A stretch of DNA of 32,000 nucleotides from Nitrososphaerota archaeon (GTDB lineage Archaea; Thermoproteota; Nitrososphaeria; Nitrososphaerales; Nitrosopumilaceae). A model generated the notes under the pieces. That model was not told the origin of the DNA, made no database searches, and was given only the letters and a program-made list of their open reading frames with translations. Shown here piece after piece: positions 16,175-23,929 of this stretch (position 1 is its first letter; each line of letters begins with the position of its first letter). Both the position numbers and the translations under genes were made by a program. The DNA lies in NCBI GenBank assembly GCA_022564515.1, contig JADFLH010000006.1, positions 5,326 through 37,325 of the forward strand, written 5' to 3'.

Positions 16175-16182
16175 TTTATAAA
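16175..16182 (+). promoter_or_regulatory. TATA-box-like element (tttataaa) for tRNA-Thr
   Basis: It ends 23 nt before the tRNA 5' end, consistent with archaeal TATA positioning centred near -26. Confidence 0.45.
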
Positions 16183-16205
16183 CTCTGACTGCATTACCGA
16201 GACGT

Positions 16206-16279
16206 GCCTCGATAGCTCAGCCTGGTAGAGCGAACGCCTCGTAAGCGTTAGGCCGTGGGTTCAGATCCCACCCGAGGCT
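16206..16279 (+). tRNA. tRNA-Thr (anticodon CGU)
   Basis: Hand-folded cloverleaf: acceptor GCCTCGA/CCGAGGC (A7-C66 mismatch), D arm GCTC-AGCCTGGTA-GAGC, anticodon arm AACGC-CTCGTAA-GCGTT, T arm GTGGG-TTCAGAT-CCCAC, discriminator T. 74 nt with no encoded CCA. Confidence 0.88.
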
Positions 16280-16513
16280 TTAAATTCCAAAAACAAAAAA
16301 GATACAAAAAATCTTAAAAGTTATCTATATCAATCGTTTCAATGTCAACTTGCAAATCTTCACTAAGTCCTTTCCACCATTCTGCCATCTTATCCGTCAT
16401 GTTCTCTCGTTACTAACTAGAAAACTCCTTTATAGATCTGTCGATCTTTTCAACTAGAATTCTTAAAACCTAGTATGTATTTGAAAAATGTTTAGGAAAT
16501 TAACAAAGGAAAA

Positions 16514-16693
16514 TTATGTTGATTCTTTTTCCTTTCTTTTCTTTTTTCTATAGATGATTATTGCTAATGTACCAACAGCACATCCCCAGAAAAGTAGTGA
16601 AAATCCAGATTTCTGCCCCGGGATAAATCCAACGAAAGAGATGAACATTATTGCAACTAAAGCAAATCCAATCAATTCTAGAATCTTTATCAT
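16514..16693 (-). CDS. possible 59-aa two-TM membrane protein with a K/R-rich tail, below the ORF-track cutoff
   Basis: Hand-translated as MIKILELIGFALVAIMFISFVGFIPGQKSGFSLLFWGCAVGTLAIIIYRKKKRKEKEST. Divergent from, and similar in architecture to, the 16756 ORF. Confidence 0.35.
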   Translation of the reverse strand: MIKILELIGFALVAIMFISFVGFIPGQKSGFSLLFWGCAVGTLAIIIYRKKKRKEKEST

Positions 16694-16755
16694 ACCTACT
16701 TAGTCTGGCGCGAAATCATTCAAAAAGATATATTATTTTGTTATCAATCCGGCAC

Positions 16756-16950
16756 ATGGATAAATACCTTCTAATTGTTTTGATGTTTTTGATCGCTGGA
16801 ATGGGTATCGCAATTACTAGAGTTCCTTTTCTTCCAGGACTATTTTACTCGATGGTGGCTGGAGCAATTATTGTTATAGTGTATAGTTCATGGAAAAGTA
16901 GGAAAGAACAAAAAGAATTAAGACGAAAAGGACGTAAATTTAAAAAATAA
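16756..16950 (+). CDS. small two-TM membrane protein with a K/R-rich tail
   Basis: The track ORF starts at a TTG at 16651, but the ATG at 16756 (MDKYLLIVLMFLIAGMGIAI...FLPG...YSSWKSRKEQKELRRKGRKFKK) gives a 64-aa protein parallel to the divergent 59-aa ORF. Confidence 0.45.
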   Translation: MDKYLLIVLMFLIAGMGIAITRVPFLPGLFYSMVAGAIIVIVYSSWKSRKEQKELRRKGRKFKK

Positions 16951-16952
16951 TT

Positions 16953-17234
16953 TTATAATTCTAGACCAAAAGATTCTGCAATGTCTGAGAATTTTTTATA
17001 GGATTCTAAATACTGTCTTCCTTTTGGAGTAAGAATAAATGTGTGCTTGCTATCGTATTCTATTCTATTAATCAAACCTGCTCCCGTCAAATTGCCGACA
17101 AATTTTGCTAATCTTGAATGTGAAAGATTCGCTTTTGTTAGCAGTGAGGTGACCTTTATTCCCTCTTGACCGCATTGCTCAGTAGCCATTAATAGATCTG
17201 CCACTATCTGTATACTAGTCCTATAGATAACCAT
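16953..17234 (-). CDS. winged-helix transcriptional regulator (small archaeal wHTH family); paralog of 25371-25658
   Basis: MVIYRTSIQIVADLL...KVTSLLTKANLSHSRLAKFVGNLTGAGLINR...ILTPKGRQYLESYKKFSDIAESFGLEL aligns end to end with the 25371 ORF. The start is moved to Met16 of the track ORF because the paralog begins at the equivalent M(A/V)xYRT. Confidence 0.65.
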   Translation of the reverse strand: MVIYRTSIQIVADLLMATEQCGQEGIKVTSLLTKANLSHSRLAKFVGNLTGAGLINRIEYDSKHTFILTPKGRQYLESYKKFSDIAESFGLEL

Positions 17235-17317
17235 ACAATTATCAGAAAAACACCATGATATAAGGGTATTACCAATCATTTAGAACAACTAAATATTAAT
17301 CCGACTCGATTGGAGCG

Positions 17318-17908
17318 TTGTCAACCCAGTCATCGATCCCATGGTTCAACGAGTTTATCGGTGTAGCATATCGGTATTATGATCTTCGAATGAATCTAGT
17401 GCCACTATTTCATGACAGAAAGGAAGCTGTTGATCTTTGGTACGAAACAATTCGTTGGTGGAATGATTCGACTATAAAAATTCGGTTTGTCGAAACTGGC
17501 AATTATTATTGGTTCATAATGGGCGCAGAATCACAGCGACCAGATAGAAACTCATCATTGTTCAAAGTTTTAAAGAAATCAGAAAACTATGAACGTTTTA
17601 AAAATGGTCATGGGGGTGAAGCATACTTAAGATTAGGTGTTTATTCAAAAAAATTCAAAAAGGATGTTAATGAAGATGCGGTATGTAATTGTGGTCATAT
17701 TATGGAGGATCACGATGATTCAGAAGATAATGATGAATGTTTTTATGAAGATTGTAATTGCAAAAAATTTGAAAGCTTTCAAGTAAATCTTTTAAAAAAG
17801 AAAAAAACTGTAACTGATATCAAATTTCTTCAGGAAGATCAAGTGAAAGATGATCCATTAACCTGGAATTGTCTTTATATTAACAAATACAACAAAAAAG
17901 AACAATAA
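17318..17908 (+). CDS. hypothetical protein with a C-terminal Cys/His cluster
   Basis: 196-aa ORF (TTG start). CNCGHIMEDHDDSEDNDECFYEDCNCKKF suggests metal binding. The N-terminal half is W/Y-rich with no family I can name. Confidence 0.5.
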   Translation: MSTQSSIPWFNEFIGVAYRYYDLRMNLVPLFHDRKEAVDLWYETIRWWNDSTIKIRFVETGNYYWFIMGAESQRPDRNSSLFKVLKKSENYERFKNGHGGEAYLRLGVYSKKFKKDVNEDAVCNCGHIMEDHDDSEDNDECFYEDCNCKKFESFQVNLLKKKKTVTDIKFLQEDQVKDDPLTWNCLYINKYNKKEQ

Positions 17909-17909
17909 C

Positions 17910-18098
17910 CTAATCTGTTTTATCAAGATTTACCCTTGGGTGTTCACCTGGGTAATGTTCAAAAATTTTCTTTGAATAACATTTTCCACACAAGGATCCT
18001 TCAATTTTCCACTCTTTCATAGGAAGATACCTATATTCAAGAGTACTTTTACAAAGTGTACACTTTTCCTGTGAAACCAATGTGACAACATTTTTCAT
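17910..18098 (-). CDS. small zinc-ribbon protein
   Basis: 62 aa with CTLC ... CGKC, two CxxC pairs 20 residues apart. Confidence 0.45.
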   Translation of the reverse strand: MKNVVTLVSQEKCTLCKSTLEYRYLPMKEWKIEGSLCGKCYSKKIFEHYPGEHPRVNLDKTD

Positions 18099-18264
18099 AA
18101 TCTATATAAAAATCATTTTAGATTTCTTGTCGTTTTTCTTACTATTCCAAAAATTATGTTAAATAGAACAGTCAATTATTGAAAATAAGGTAGAAAGTCT
18201 GGCCATAGTAAACCTCCTGCAATTTTTACTTGGTTAGATTTTCTACCATTGTTGTAAAAGATAA

Positions 18265-20016
18265 TTATAGAAGATTTCCAACTAATTTTTTAATAGAATC
18301 AATTTCTTCTTCTTCTTGTTTTATTTTCTTGTCTATCACACGAAGCATTGCGTCATTCCAAACATGATGAGAAAAGAAATTATGTTTTGTATTTGCAAGT
18401 TCAATTTCATCATCCACCGCGGTGTCTTCTAGAAATTTTGTCACGACAACATCTGCGAGTTTAAGAATCCTAGAATTTAACTTAAAACTCCGAAAAACAG
18501 GCTCTAATTTGTGTATATCCAGCTTAAAGTCGCCTTTAGTTTCTAGTATTTTTTTATTTAATATTCTAAAGTATACGGCCACATAAAATAAGGTGGCATA
18601 TCTTTTCGTTTTGTGTTCTCCCCTCTTTCCATATCTTAAGGCCTTCTTAGCGAATTCCTTTACAAAATAAGGATAAAGCAAAAGTTTGTAATCATCTTTC
18701 AAATTTTCATTGAACACTTCATCATATTTGCGACCTCTAGGCAAAAATTGTGCTGGAGAACTATATGCTTCAGTCGGTCTTTGTTCTATACCGGCCACCA
18801 AAGCCTGAATAGCATCTTTAGCAACGATTACTTTTTTGTGATTATTTGGTAGGTAATTATTGTAAGTAAAATCGCCATCAAATTCAGCTTGTTCAGATTT
18901 AGTTTTACAATCAAAAGAACCTGCTTGAATTTCATAAAAATAGCAGTGGTTTTTTAGTTGAGATTTAATTGATTTATGAAAATCCATTAATGAAACAAGA
19001 TCTTTACCTCTAACAGAATTCTGTGAATTTCTGTATTTTGTAATGTTGTTTTGGTCTTGTTCATCATCTGCCCTAATTATTGTAACAGTCATACTCCCTG
19101 TCATATTTCGTGTACGCTTTGCATGATCTAAAATTGAATTTGATGTTTGGGCACCATTAACAATTTGTGGAGTGTGTAACAAGAGTTTATTCTCTCCTAG
19201 TTCTTCAAATTCACTTACCACTATAGTAATTCCATTATTATAATAGAAGAATTTGTCAGGATCAGTTTGAAGAGTTTCACGTAATCCTTTATTCACAGAA
19301 GTTTTGAACTGCATCCACTGTCTAATATTTGATTCAAAAACATAGTCTCTATTTCTGGTTACAAACTCTGTGAGCTCACGTAGTTTTAAAATCCCAAGAA
19401 TCGTGTTTTCATGTCGCAGCATTTTTTCCAATTTTATAGTTGATTTTTTGCCAGCGGCTGGTTTTTTTATTCGATCCCATAATATTTGGATAATTGCATT
19501 GATATCAACAATCTCTACTTCGTTGTCTTCATATTCTACCTTTTGATCTGTGACATAACAGCATTCGATCTTAAGATTTTTTTCATGTATGACTGTCACA
19601 AGACGTGCCAATTCAGGTCGCATTTTTGTAATATCGCGTTCAAGAAGTCTTTTTACATCCTCTTTGAATTTAATTATGGCGTCAGTTGAGTGTGATGTAG
19701 CATATTTTGATTGAAATAATCGAATTTTATTCTCAGAAAAATCCACAGGAAGATATGCATCAATACCTAGATCATTAGCACCATCTACTATTGCATCGGC
19801 AGCATCATCTTCTGTTGCTTCAAAAACTCTTGTTAGTACCCACTGAAGAAAGTTGTTGCCTTTTTCTACCTCAGTTTTTGCACTCTCAACATAATCACGA
19901 ATGCTTTTACCAATGTTTTCTGAAAATCCTTCAAGAGGGATACTAGAATTTTTTTGAGCTAATAATGATCTTGATCCTGGAATGTATTCCAATAAACCAC
20001 TGTTGTTTTGTGCCAA
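18265..20016 (-). CDS. AIPR-family abortive-infection/phage-resistance protein
   Basis: 583 aa. The N-terminal IVDGANDLGIDAYLPVD...IRLFQSKY (nuclease-like D..D..QxK arrangement) and the central FFYYNNGITIV ... PQIVNGAQTS match the AIPR (Abi-like) signature as I remember it. Confidence 0.72.
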   Translation of the reverse strand: MAQNNSGLLEYIPGSRSLLAQKNSSIPLEGFSENIGKSIRDYVESAKTEVEKGNNFLQWVLTRVFEATEDDAADAIVDGANDLGIDAYLPVDFSENKIRLFQSKYATSHSTDAIIKFKEDVKRLLERDITKMRPELARLVTVIHEKNLKIECCYVTDQKVEYEDNEVEIVDINAIIQILWDRIKKPAAGKKSTIKLEKMLRHENTILGILKLRELTEFVTRNRDYVFESNIRQWMQFKTSVNKGLRETLQTDPDKFFYYNNGITIVVSEFEELGENKLLLHTPQIVNGAQTSNSILDHAKRTRNMTGSMTVTIIRADDEQDQNNITKYRNSQNSVRGKDLVSLMDFHKSIKSQLKNHCYFYEIQAGSFDCKTKSEQAEFDGDFTYNNYLPNNHKKVIVAKDAIQALVAGIEQRPTEAYSSPAQFLPRGRKYDEVFNENLKDDYKLLLYPYFVKEFAKKALRYGKRGEHKTKRYATLFYVAVYFRILNKKILETKGDFKLDIHKLEPVFRSFKLNSRILKLADVVVTKFLEDTAVDDEIELANTKHNFFSHHVWNDAMLRVIDKKIKQEEEEIDSIKKLVGNLL

Positions 20017-20286
20017 TAACGCATTTTAATATATTCTATATTTAGAAAAGCTGGTAATTATATAATAACTATCATTCTTTAATATTTCAAATATTGAGAA
20101 AAAATTTCTTGTGGATATAATAAAACCATATGACACCAAGTCATATTTTGAATGATCGAATAAGAAAGAAAATTATATTTTTTTAAATTTGATTTACCTA
20201 CTATTGTAAAATTTTGACATTACAGAATTCAGTAATGTGATTACAGAAATTAATAACACAATACTTTCACTTTATAAACAAATCAC

Positions 20287-20358
20287 AGGTGAGGGAGGGA
20301 GTCGAACCCCCTTGTATAGGCTCTGCAGGCCCACGCATAACCGCTCTGCCACCTCACC
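20287..20358 (-). tRNA. tRNA-Cys (anticodon GCA)
   Basis: Hand-folded from the reverse complement: acceptor GGTGAGG/CCTCACC, D arm GCAG-AGCGGTT-ATGC, anticodon arm TGGGC-CTGCAGA-GCCTA, variable TACAA, T arm GGGGG-TTCGACT-CCCTC, discriminator U73 (the Cys identity element). 72 nt. Confidence 0.9.
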
Positions 20359-20382
20359 GCAGTCAGAAAAACACGTAATTAA

Positions 20383-20390
20383 CAATTAAA
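20383..20390 (-). promoter_or_regulatory. TATA-box-like element (tttaattg on the minus strand) for tRNA-Cys
   Basis: Lies at -25 to -32 relative to the tRNA 5' end at 20358. Confidence 0.35.
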
Positions 20391-20399
20391 CTCTATTGA

Positions 20400-20621
20400 T
20401 TAGAATTTTGTGAATGGCTTTGAGGCCAATTTTACATCTTCAGCTTTTACAGTTTTTCGACCAGCATGACTTGACATTTCTACTGCACTTTTAGCTACTA
20501 CCATCGCAATCTCTTCGATAACTCTTCTTAACTCATCTGCAGATTCATCACTAACTCTTTCCGCACCTGATTTTTTTAAAATTCGATACATGGCTGACAA
20601 ACCCAACTCGGATGATTTCAT
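20400..20621 (-). CDS. archaeal histone (HMf-like histone fold)
   Basis: 73 aa. LSAMYRILKKSGAERVSDESADELRRVIEEIAMVVAKSAVEMSSHAGRKTVKAEDVKLA is a typical archaeal histone-fold sequence (RKTV..EDV signature). Confidence 0.9.
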   Translation of the reverse strand: MKSSELGLSAMYRILKKSGAERVSDESADELRRVIEEIAMVVAKSAVEMSSHAGRKTVKAEDVKLASKPFTKF

Positions 20622-20721
20622 CGAATAAGTTTTTTTAATAAATGCTAAAAGACTTTGAGTAAAAAAATATCACAAAGAAACCGATTTATGCAGACTTGGT
20701 ATAAGTTTAATTTGAAAAAAC

Positions 20722-21477
20722 ATGGCATGGTTATTTGATTCCCACATACATCTATCAGATCCAGAATTTGGTAAAGATATTCCATTTCTAATAACAAGTA
20801 TGGAAAAATTGCATATCAAAGCATGTTGTGTATCAATGGACAATACAAATTCAAAACAAACGCTTGAACTTGCAACAAAAAGTAACCTGATTCTTCCATT
20901 CATAGGAATTCATCCAGAGAAATTCAATGATGGTTTAGACAAAATGGTTCAGTTGATAGAACACAATAAGAACAATATTTCCGGAATAGGAGAAATTGGA
21001 CTAGATAGAACCTATTCAGAGTCGGTAGAACAATTTACAACTCAAAAACACATTTTTGAGACCTTGTTATCATTAGCTGAAAAATTCAAAAAACCTGTTT
21101 CTATTCATTCTCGAAAAACTCTAGATGATATATATGAAATTATGTCTTCTTATTCTATATCGGGAGTTCTGTTACACTGGTTTGATGGAAACAAAAAACA
21201 ATTACAAAAAGCAATGGACATGAAATTTTACGTTTCGTATGGACCAGTGATGGTATACACAAAAGATAAACAAATTTTACTTTCAAAAACTGATAAAGAC
21301 AAAATTCTAGTCGAAACAGATGGTCCTGTTCGATTCGGAAAATGTTTTGGTTTTAAACCTGCCCAAGTTAGCTTAATTCCAAGTGTAGTATTTTGTGCAT
21401 CTAAAGTCTTAAGAGAATCATATGATGACTTGGTAACAATTTTGGAAGAAAATTCAAAGGCATACCTAGGGATATAG
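20722..21477 (+). CDS. tatD: TatD-family metal-dependent hydrolase/DNase
   Basis: FDSHIHLSDPEF (HxH), GEIGLD, PVSIHSR, LLHWFDG and VETDGP follow the TatD motif order. Confidence 0.87.
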   Translation: MAWLFDSHIHLSDPEFGKDIPFLITSMEKLHIKACCVSMDNTNSKQTLELATKSNLILPFIGIHPEKFNDGLDKMVQLIEHNKNNISGIGEIGLDRTYSESVEQFTTQKHIFETLLSLAEKFKKPVSIHSRKTLDDIYEIMSSYSISGVLLHWFDGNKKQLQKAMDMKFYVSYGPVMVYTKDKQILLSKTDKDKILVETDGPVRFGKCFGFKPAQVSLIPSVVFCASKVLRESYDDLVTILEENSKAYLGI

Positions 21478-21509
21478 GTATAAAAAACCCTCTTTAATAA
21501 TTCGGATAA

Positions 21510-21836
21510 GTGGATAGAATCAAAAAATTTTCTTTGGAAGTTTTAAAAAACTACAAAGCCCATTTTGGAACGAACTTTGAAGAGAATAAAAAAACCTTGG
21601 AACAATTTTCAATAATTCGTTCTAAAGGTCTTAAAAATGAAATTACGGGTTATATAACAAAATATATCAAACATGAAATTCTTGATAAAAAGAAAAAGGA
21701 AGAAAGAATAGCTAAACAAGACAAACTAGATGATACTCAAGAAGAAAACTTGGACATTGGTGAACCTAAAATTCAAAGTAACACTGACACTGAAAACCCC
21801 TCTGTTAAGGAAAAACCTCGGGGGATTTTTGAATAA
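21510..21836 (+). CDS. rps17e: 30S ribosomal protein eS17 with a K/E/D-rich C-terminal extension
   Basis: FGTNFEENKKTLEQFSIIRSKGLKNEITGYITKYIK matches the S17e core (F..DFE.NK......SK..RN.IAGY.T). About 50 extra C-terminal residues are present. GTG start. Confidence 0.8.
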   Translation: MDRIKKFSLEVLKNYKAHFGTNFEENKKTLEQFSIIRSKGLKNEITGYITKYIKHEILDKKKKEERIAKQDKLDDTQEENLDIGEPKIQSNTDTENPSVKEKPRGIFE

Positions 21837-21883
21837 AGTTCAGAAAATTAAAATTCATTGTGATTGGTTCTTAGTATGGTAAA

Positions 21884-22657
21884 TTGATTCAAGTAAAACT
21901 GTTGGGCGGAGCAAAAAAATCTTTTTCAGCTGACACGATCTCTATTGATAAGGATAGTCTGACTATTGCTGAGCTAATTGATTATTTACAAAAAACCAAA
22001 CCTGAGAACACTCCTGATTTAGATGTAAATAATCTACTAGTAGTAGTAAACGGAGTTGATTCTTCTGCCATAGAAGGAAAAATTACAAAATTAAAAAATA
22101 ATGATGTTGTTAGCATCATTCCAATAATTCATGGAGGTTCATCAAGGTCAACTATTCAAATTTCAAAATATTTTGTAGAAATATTGGAAATCAAACCAAA
22201 CAAAACCCAAAGCATAGATTTTCTAAATTATTTGAGAAAAAAATATCCTGATTTGGTTATACAAGGAATATCGCCAAAATATATTCTTAGTAAATCACAC
22301 GCAAAAAAAATTCTTGAAATTTCAGTTGAAGCACAAAATTCTCATAATATGCTTTCACAAAAACTTGAAATTGATATATTGATGCGATTTGCCTGTACTA
22401 GACAAATTTCAAAAGCTATTTCTGAAGCAGGAATCAAATCAAAACAAAGTTTTATCGTTATTGCTTTAGGTAAGAAATTTTCTTTGGAAAATTTGTATTC
22501 TGAACTAAAGCCATATCTAAGCTCAAAAAATATCTCATTAAACAATACTGGATTTCTAAAAAATCAATTTAAAATTTCAAACAAACAAATTGATTCAGTC
22601 TACTCAAAAAAACCCTTAGAAGACTTGTTAGCTGAAAAGGCTGCTGTCTTATTCTAA
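21884..22657 (+). CDS. cgi121: fusion protein: N-terminal ThiS/MoaD-like ubiquitin-fold domain ending in HGG (aa 1-85) plus KEOPS subunit Cgi121 (aa ~90-257)
   Basis: The N-terminus IQVKLLGGAKKSF...TIAELIDYL...LLVVVNGVDS...LKNNDVVSIIPIIHGG is the classic beta-grasp ThiS/MoaD/SAMP pattern, including the Gly-Gly (codons 22133-22138). The rest aligns by eye to M. jannaschii Cgi121 (EIDILMRFACTRQISKAISEAGIK..SFIVIAL against EILVRASGQRQIHEAIKIIGAKDGNVCLI, and the C-terminal LLAEKAAVL). It is a single uninterrupted frame with a TTG start. Confidence 0.7.
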   Translation: MIQVKLLGGAKKSFSADTISIDKDSLTIAELIDYLQKTKPENTPDLDVNNLLVVVNGVDSSAIEGKITKLKNNDVVSIIPIIHGGSSRSTIQISKYFVEILEIKPNKTQSIDFLNYLRKKYPDLVIQGISPKYILSKSHAKKILEISVEAQNSHNMLSQKLEIDILMRFACTRQISKAISEAGIKSKQSFIVIALGKKFSLENLYSELKPYLSSKNISLNNTGFLKNQFKISNKQIDSVYSKKPLEDLLAEKAAVLF

Positions 22658-23170
22658 TAATTTTCGTTTAGATGTTTCCAAACTAAATATATCATCTTTC
22701 GTTAAAACTGAAATACCTGAAGTATTGCCCAGTATTTCAACCAAAACTATCCAATCTGGTTTTTCTAATGACACTTTATTTTGAATATTTTCAGCAATTT
22801 TTGAGATAATCTTCATACTTGGGAGGTTTGAATTCCGTTTCTCTACAGTTATTCGATAAGTTTCCTTTTCATTGACTCTTTCCATTAAGGAGTGAACCTG
22901 ATTAGATATGTCTTCTAAATTTGTATTTGCTACTTTTTGAATAGGAATTATTCGAAGACAATATCTTATTGACCAAGGTTCTTCAATAATTTTTTTCCTA
23001 ATCTGTTTTATCACTTCAAAAGTATCTAACTTAGTTCTTGCTGTGAGAATTCCTGACATGTCAGTTTCAGTAATTTCAGGATTGTCATCACCAAAAACCG
23101 TCAAAATTTTTTTTAATTCATCACGAGTTTCAGGTTCAAGATGTCTAGCACATGTAATAATTAAATTCAA
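22649..23170 (-). CDS. THUMP-domain RNA-binding protein (stand-alone)
   Basis: 173 aa. The N-terminal MNLIITCARHLEPETRDELKKIL and the C-terminal YRITVEKRNSNL...PDWIVLVEILGNTSGISVL resemble stand-alone archaeal THUMP proteins. Overlaps tsaC by 4 nt. Confidence 0.62.
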   Translation of the reverse strand: MNLIITCARHLEPETRDELKKILTVFGDDNPEITETDMSGILTARTKLDTFEVIKQIRKKIIEEPWSIRYCLRIIPIQKVANTNLEDISNQVHSLMERVNEKETYRITVEKRNSNLPSMKIISKIAENIQNKVSLEKPDWIVLVEILGNTSGISVLTKDDIFSLETSKRKLLE

Positions 23171-23775
23171 AATAAATTCAAAATCTCCTCTTTTGAAATA
23201 TTGCCTTCTCTATGAATTTGAATTTTTTTTTCATTGATTTCAACAATGGTGGATTCCCTATCCCCAGTAATTTTACCACCGTCAAGAAAGACTTCATTAT
23301 CTGAAATATTCTTGGCACATTCCTCAGGATCCGTAAACGAGCCTGAGCCTGATATATTGGCACTGGTACCTATGAGGAAGTTACATCGTTCTAAAAGTGC
23401 TAAGGCACACCTATTGTTTGGAACTCTTACAGCTACATTATTTTCTAAATTCATTGAATTTTTTAATTTTTCATCTTTGAGTGGTAAAACAAAGGTGATC
23501 TGTCCAGGCCAAAATTTTTCAGCAATTTTATTTGATCTTTCATCAAAGATTACAATTTTTGAAAGAACACTTTTTGAAAAACCTAAAATCGGAAACAGTT
23601 TATCATAATCACGATTTTTTATTCTGTAAATTTTATCAACAGATTCTTTGTTGTACGGATCACATCCAATTCCATAAACTGTATCTGTGGGAAAAATTAC
23701 AATACCTCCTTTCTTGATTGTTCGTTCTGCGATGTTTATTCCATCAGCATCACATTTTATTCTCAAAGTTTTCAA
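23167..23775 (-). CDS. tsaC: L-threonylcarbamoyladenylate synthase, short YrdC/TsaC form (t6A pathway)
   Basis: GGIVIFPTDTVYGIGCDPYN, IYRIKNRDYDKLFPIL, FWPGQITFVL, VAVRVPNN and IGTSANISG are the YrdC/Sua5 N-domain motifs. At 202 aa there is no Sua5 C-terminal domain. Confidence 0.9.
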   Translation of the reverse strand: MKTLRIKCDADGINIAERTIKKGGIVIFPTDTVYGIGCDPYNKESVDKIYRIKNRDYDKLFPILGFSKSVLSKIVIFDERSNKIAEKFWPGQITFVLPLKDEKLKNSMNLENNVAVRVPNNRCALALLERCNFLIGTSANISGSGSFTDPEECAKNISDNEVFLDGGKITGDRESTIVEINEKKIQIHREGNISKEEILNLF

Positions 23776-23806
23776 ATAGTAATTAACACATCTTTAATAA
23801 TAATGC

Positions 23807-23826
23807 AAGTTTCGTATCTCAAATCT
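23807..23826. repeat. weak, degenerate relative of the dispersed palindrome: aagtttcgtatctcaaatct
   Basis: Shares the ttcgtatc core and aaat, with a 2-nt insertion and end mismatches. It lies 31 nt upstream of the tsaC start. Confidence 0.3.
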
Positions 23827-23929
23827 CGTTTTAAGCTAAATTTGTGGTATTTCTAATAATTACATTTAGCAATTTACTACCAAATTTTCGTTTAACAATA
23901 AACAGTTATTCCCAAAATTACTCATTTGA

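Noticed and set aside
18100-20358. Integrated element with att duplication of the tRNA-Cys 3' half.
   Set aside because: I looked for a second copy of gagggagggagtcgaaccccc or fragments of it between 16.9 and 20.3 kb and found none. No integrase gene is present. It is kept only as a possible defence islet.
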